Assembly (NCBI RefSeq): GCF_000143415.4
Contig: NW_003314281.1
Coordinates: 1,403,882-1,467,881 of the forward strand
Reading direction: 5' to 3'
Source: Selaginella moellendorffii
Taxonomy: Eukaryota; Plantae; Lycopodiophyta
DNA length: 64,000 nt
Shown here: positions 60,912 to 64,000 of the stretch, in pieces
How the letters are laid out: every line of letters begins with the position of its first letter
Position numbering within the stretch: position 1 is the stretch's first letter
Made by a program: the position numbers and the translations under genes
Notes under the pieces: model-generated
Databases searched by the model: none
What the model saw: only the letters and a program-made list of their open reading frames with translations
What the model was told of the DNA's origin: nothing

Positions 60912-63403
60912 ATGGCATGGGCAGCACCTTACAAGGTGGTGCTTGGGAGCTTCGCGTTCCTCATCTTTTGGACGCTGGCCACCTTCCCGGCGGTCCGATG
61001 CCTGCCCGTCGGACGGACCGCAGGAGCTCTCCTGGGAGGAACGCTCATGGTCGTCTTCCAGGTCCTCTCTCCAAACCAGGCCTTCGCGGCGGTGGATCTT
61101 CCCATCCTCGGCCTCCTCTTTGGCACCATGGTCATCAGCGTCTACCTCGAGCGCGCCGATCTCTTCAAGTACCTCAAAATGGTGCTCTCATGGCGCTGCC
61201 GCGGCGCCAAGGACCTGCTCGTCCGCGTGAGCGTCTTCTCGGCGCTGGCCAGCGCGCTCTTCACGAATGATACCATCTGCGTGATCTTCACCGAGTTCGT
61301 GCTCAATCTGTGCAAGCAGCACAACCTCCCGCCGGAGCCATTCCTCCTGGCGCTCGCCTCCAGCGCCAACATTGGCTCCGCCACCACGCCCATCGGCAAC
61401 CCCCAGAACCTCGTCATCGCGATCGAGAGCAAGATCCAGTTCGGCAAGTTCCTCATCGGCGTCCTCCCCGCCATGATTGCCGGGATCGTCTTCAACATCC
61501 TCTTCCTCCTCGCCATGTACTGGCGGCCGCTCTCGCAAGGCCTGGCCGCCGCCGATGCTCCGCCACCCCTCCCCGCCCCCGCCGATGCCACCAGCGATCC
61601 ATCCTCCGCCATGGAGCTGGGCGCGATCAAATCCATCCAAGTCGTCTCCCCACACAATCACCACAGCCCGCGACGGTCGCCGCTCTCCTACGAGCGCCTC
61701 CACAGCGGGCCACTGAGCGCCGCCGCCGTGGGGGAATATCCCACCGCCGCCGCGGCGCCGCCATCGCCCATCGCGGAGGAGGACGACAAGCCCACGCCGC
61801 TCTACTCCTCCCGCGTCTACTCGCCCGTACACCCCATCGCCGAGAAGCAGCACCAGCTCTACTCTCCGCGGGTCCACTCCCCCGGGATGTCGCCCGCGGG
61901 GATGTATTCCCCCGCGTCGGGATATTCTCCCGCGCAGGCCACAGCGGCGAGGTTCTACTCCGGGCGGGAGGGCCAAGCCCACCACGCCCACCACCACGCT
62001 GCGGCGCCGCACAGGGAGATAAACGAGCAGCACCACCACAGGGCGCAGCTGCGGGAGCACCTCACCACGCCCAAGGGCGGTAAAGATGTCACCGCGGACT
62101 ACCCCGAGAAGCTGCCGCAAGAGGGCACCGGGAAGGAGGAATATGCGCCGTGGTACCGGTGGGGTCCCAAGCTCCGGCGCAAGGCCTGGATGGCCGCGGT
62201 GTACGGCGTCACCGCAGGGTTCCTGGCGGCGCTTCTCTCGGGGCTCAATCTCACATGGAGCGCGCTCACCGCCGCCGTGGCGCTCATGGTGCTGGATTTC
62301 TCCGACGCTGGCCCCAGCTTGGACAGGGTAAGTGCCACCCTCGATCAATCATTCCCCCCTCCTCTTTTCGTTCGATCGATTCGATCGATTCTAGGGTACC
62401 ATCATCTTTGCCCTTTTTCCTCGATTCGATTGCTTCTTTTCCCTTTTTTCTTTGTGCTTCTCTGACCCGCAAATCTGATCGGGCATCCGGAATTCCTTCT
62501 CGCGAATTCCTCTAGGGCGGCCTCACGCTCTTTACAGTTCTCTCGGTTCATAGGCAGGCTTTTGTGCCGAGCATGCTTTCGGTGTGTGTTGCCTACCAAC
62601 ATGGCGACATGGATGGATCTCTCATCTTTTTCTCTTCCTTTTTTCTCGCGTTCGCGGTACTATGGAGACTATGGAGACTAAAGCCTTGATTTCGTTCTTT
62701 GCTCTTTCTTTGTTCCAGGTCTCTTATTCGCTGCTCGTCTTCTTTTCCGGGATGTTTATCACCGTGGATGGATTTAACAGCACTGGCGCTCCAGGCCAGT
62801 TCTGGAACGCTGTCGAGCCCCACACTCGAATCGATTCTGCAAAGGGGGTGGCCATCTTATCCCTCGTGATTCTCATTCTCTCCAACGTCGCATCCAACGT
62901 TCCAACTGGTGAGTCATTTGATCCTTGTTCCCTCTTTTTGGAGCTCTCTCCTTTCACTCATACTCGTACTCTTTTTGAGAGATCCTTGTTTCCTCCTTTT
63001 TGAGCTCTTTCCTTTCAGTCACACCAGTGCGTACTCTTACTCTTTGTTGTTCCTCACAACTTTTTGCCTTTACTCCCACTCACATCCATCGTTTCTGCTC
63101 GTTGTTTCTCACATCCTTTTCTTTCTTTTCTCTGCAGTGCTGCTTTTGGGAACACGGGTGGCGGCATCGGCCGCGGCGATTCACGGGGCCAGCGTTACAA
63201 GATCGTGGCTTTACCTGGCATGGGTGAGCACAGTGGCTGGCAACTTCACTCTCATCGGCTCCGCTGCGAATCTCATCGTCTGCGAGCAAGCCCGGCAAGC
63301 AAAGCCCAACAGTTACAACCTCACCTTCTGGGCTCATCTCAAGTTCGGCATTCCTTCGACGTTGATCGTGACGGCTCTCGGGCTTCCGCTCATTCAAGGC
63401 TGA
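60912..63403 (+). CDS. LSI2: Lsi2-like silicon/arsenite efflux transporter (ArsB/CitMHS family), 3 exons
   Basis: Exons 60912-62327, 62719-62908 and 63138-63403. Contains [50 protein letters not shown] and [19 protein letters not shown]. Confidence 0.92.
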
Positions 63404-63863
63404 AACTTTGCGGGCTGGTCACTTTCGTTGATCCCTTCGCTGGAAGCTTTCGGGGGTGTATAGTATGACGCATATGGATGGATACGTAGCAAGCAGCAGA
63501 CAGCGGCGTTGATCGTGCCAAGCAAGGAACGCAAGAAAAAAAAGAAAGAAAAAAATGAAAGTCTTCAGTGCCTTGCTTTTGAAGTAGCTCCTCTCGAGGC
63601 CTCTGAAGTGCAGGCTTTCGTTGGGCTTTTTCTGTACAATAAAAAGATTTCTTAGTTGTGAACAAAGATTTCTTCTGTGAAAACAAAAAATCGTTTTCTT
63701 TACCTGGCCAAAGTCTTGATTTTTCGGCAGAGAAAATCTGACAGAAGAAATACTTCGTGGAATTTGGAGCAAAGTTGGAGACGTTTCTGGTCAACTAGTC
63801 AACCATCGAAGTCAAAGCCTCGAGGTCTGATCGGACGGCCAAGGGAGAAAATTTCAACGACTA

Positions 63864-63945
63864 CGACGTGTCCAAGTGGCATCTCAAGCCGCCAACCACG
63901 TGTCTATATATATACATTGACTTGCAGACACGTGGCAAAATATCA
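63864..63945 (+). promoter_or_regulatory. Cluster of three ABRE/G-box motifs around a TATA-like run
   Basis: GACGTGTC (about 63865), CCACGTGTC (63896) and GACACGTGGC (63927), with TATATATA at about 63905. Confidence 0.55.
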
Positions 63946-64000
63946 AGCCCGCCATCTGAAAGCTCAAACGTCAAGCCGCAAAGCCTCTCTTCCAGGTTGG

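Overview
Eukaryotic plant nuclear DNA from a draft assembly with five N-gaps. It is very gene-dense, has tiny introns and carries many intronless PLS-class PPR genes, which is most consistent with a lycophyte such as Selaginella (inference). 1-3.3 kb is a decayed duplicate of the neighbouring PPR block with two copies of a small TSD-less element. 3.3-5.2 kb is an AT-rich island with a secreted bulb-type-lectin ORF. 5.2-17.4 kb is a tightly packed run of four PPR genes, AE7/CIA2 (with a U12 AT-AC intron), an APR-like thioredoxin and an SDR42E1-like gene. 17.5-46.1 kb is a tandemly duplicated cluster of four transcription factors, MYB2>bHLH2>MYB1>bHLH1, in which each R2R3-MYB lies directly upstream of a subfamily-Ib-like bHLH. 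The two copies show reciprocal gene loss and are interrupted by Ty3/gypsy elements (one with a GGGAAAC slippery site plus pseudoknot) and by a 4.6-kb P-element-like DNA transposon. 46-50 kb holds a FkbM methyltransferase and an FHA protein, 50-58 kb is retroelement debris, and 58-64 kb holds MSRB, an Lsi2-like transporter and an ABRE/G-box cluster. Top leads are the MYB-bHLH gene pairs, the P-like transposon in a land plant, the -1 frameshift cassette, the TSD-less element, and possible polycistronic same-strand gene runs.
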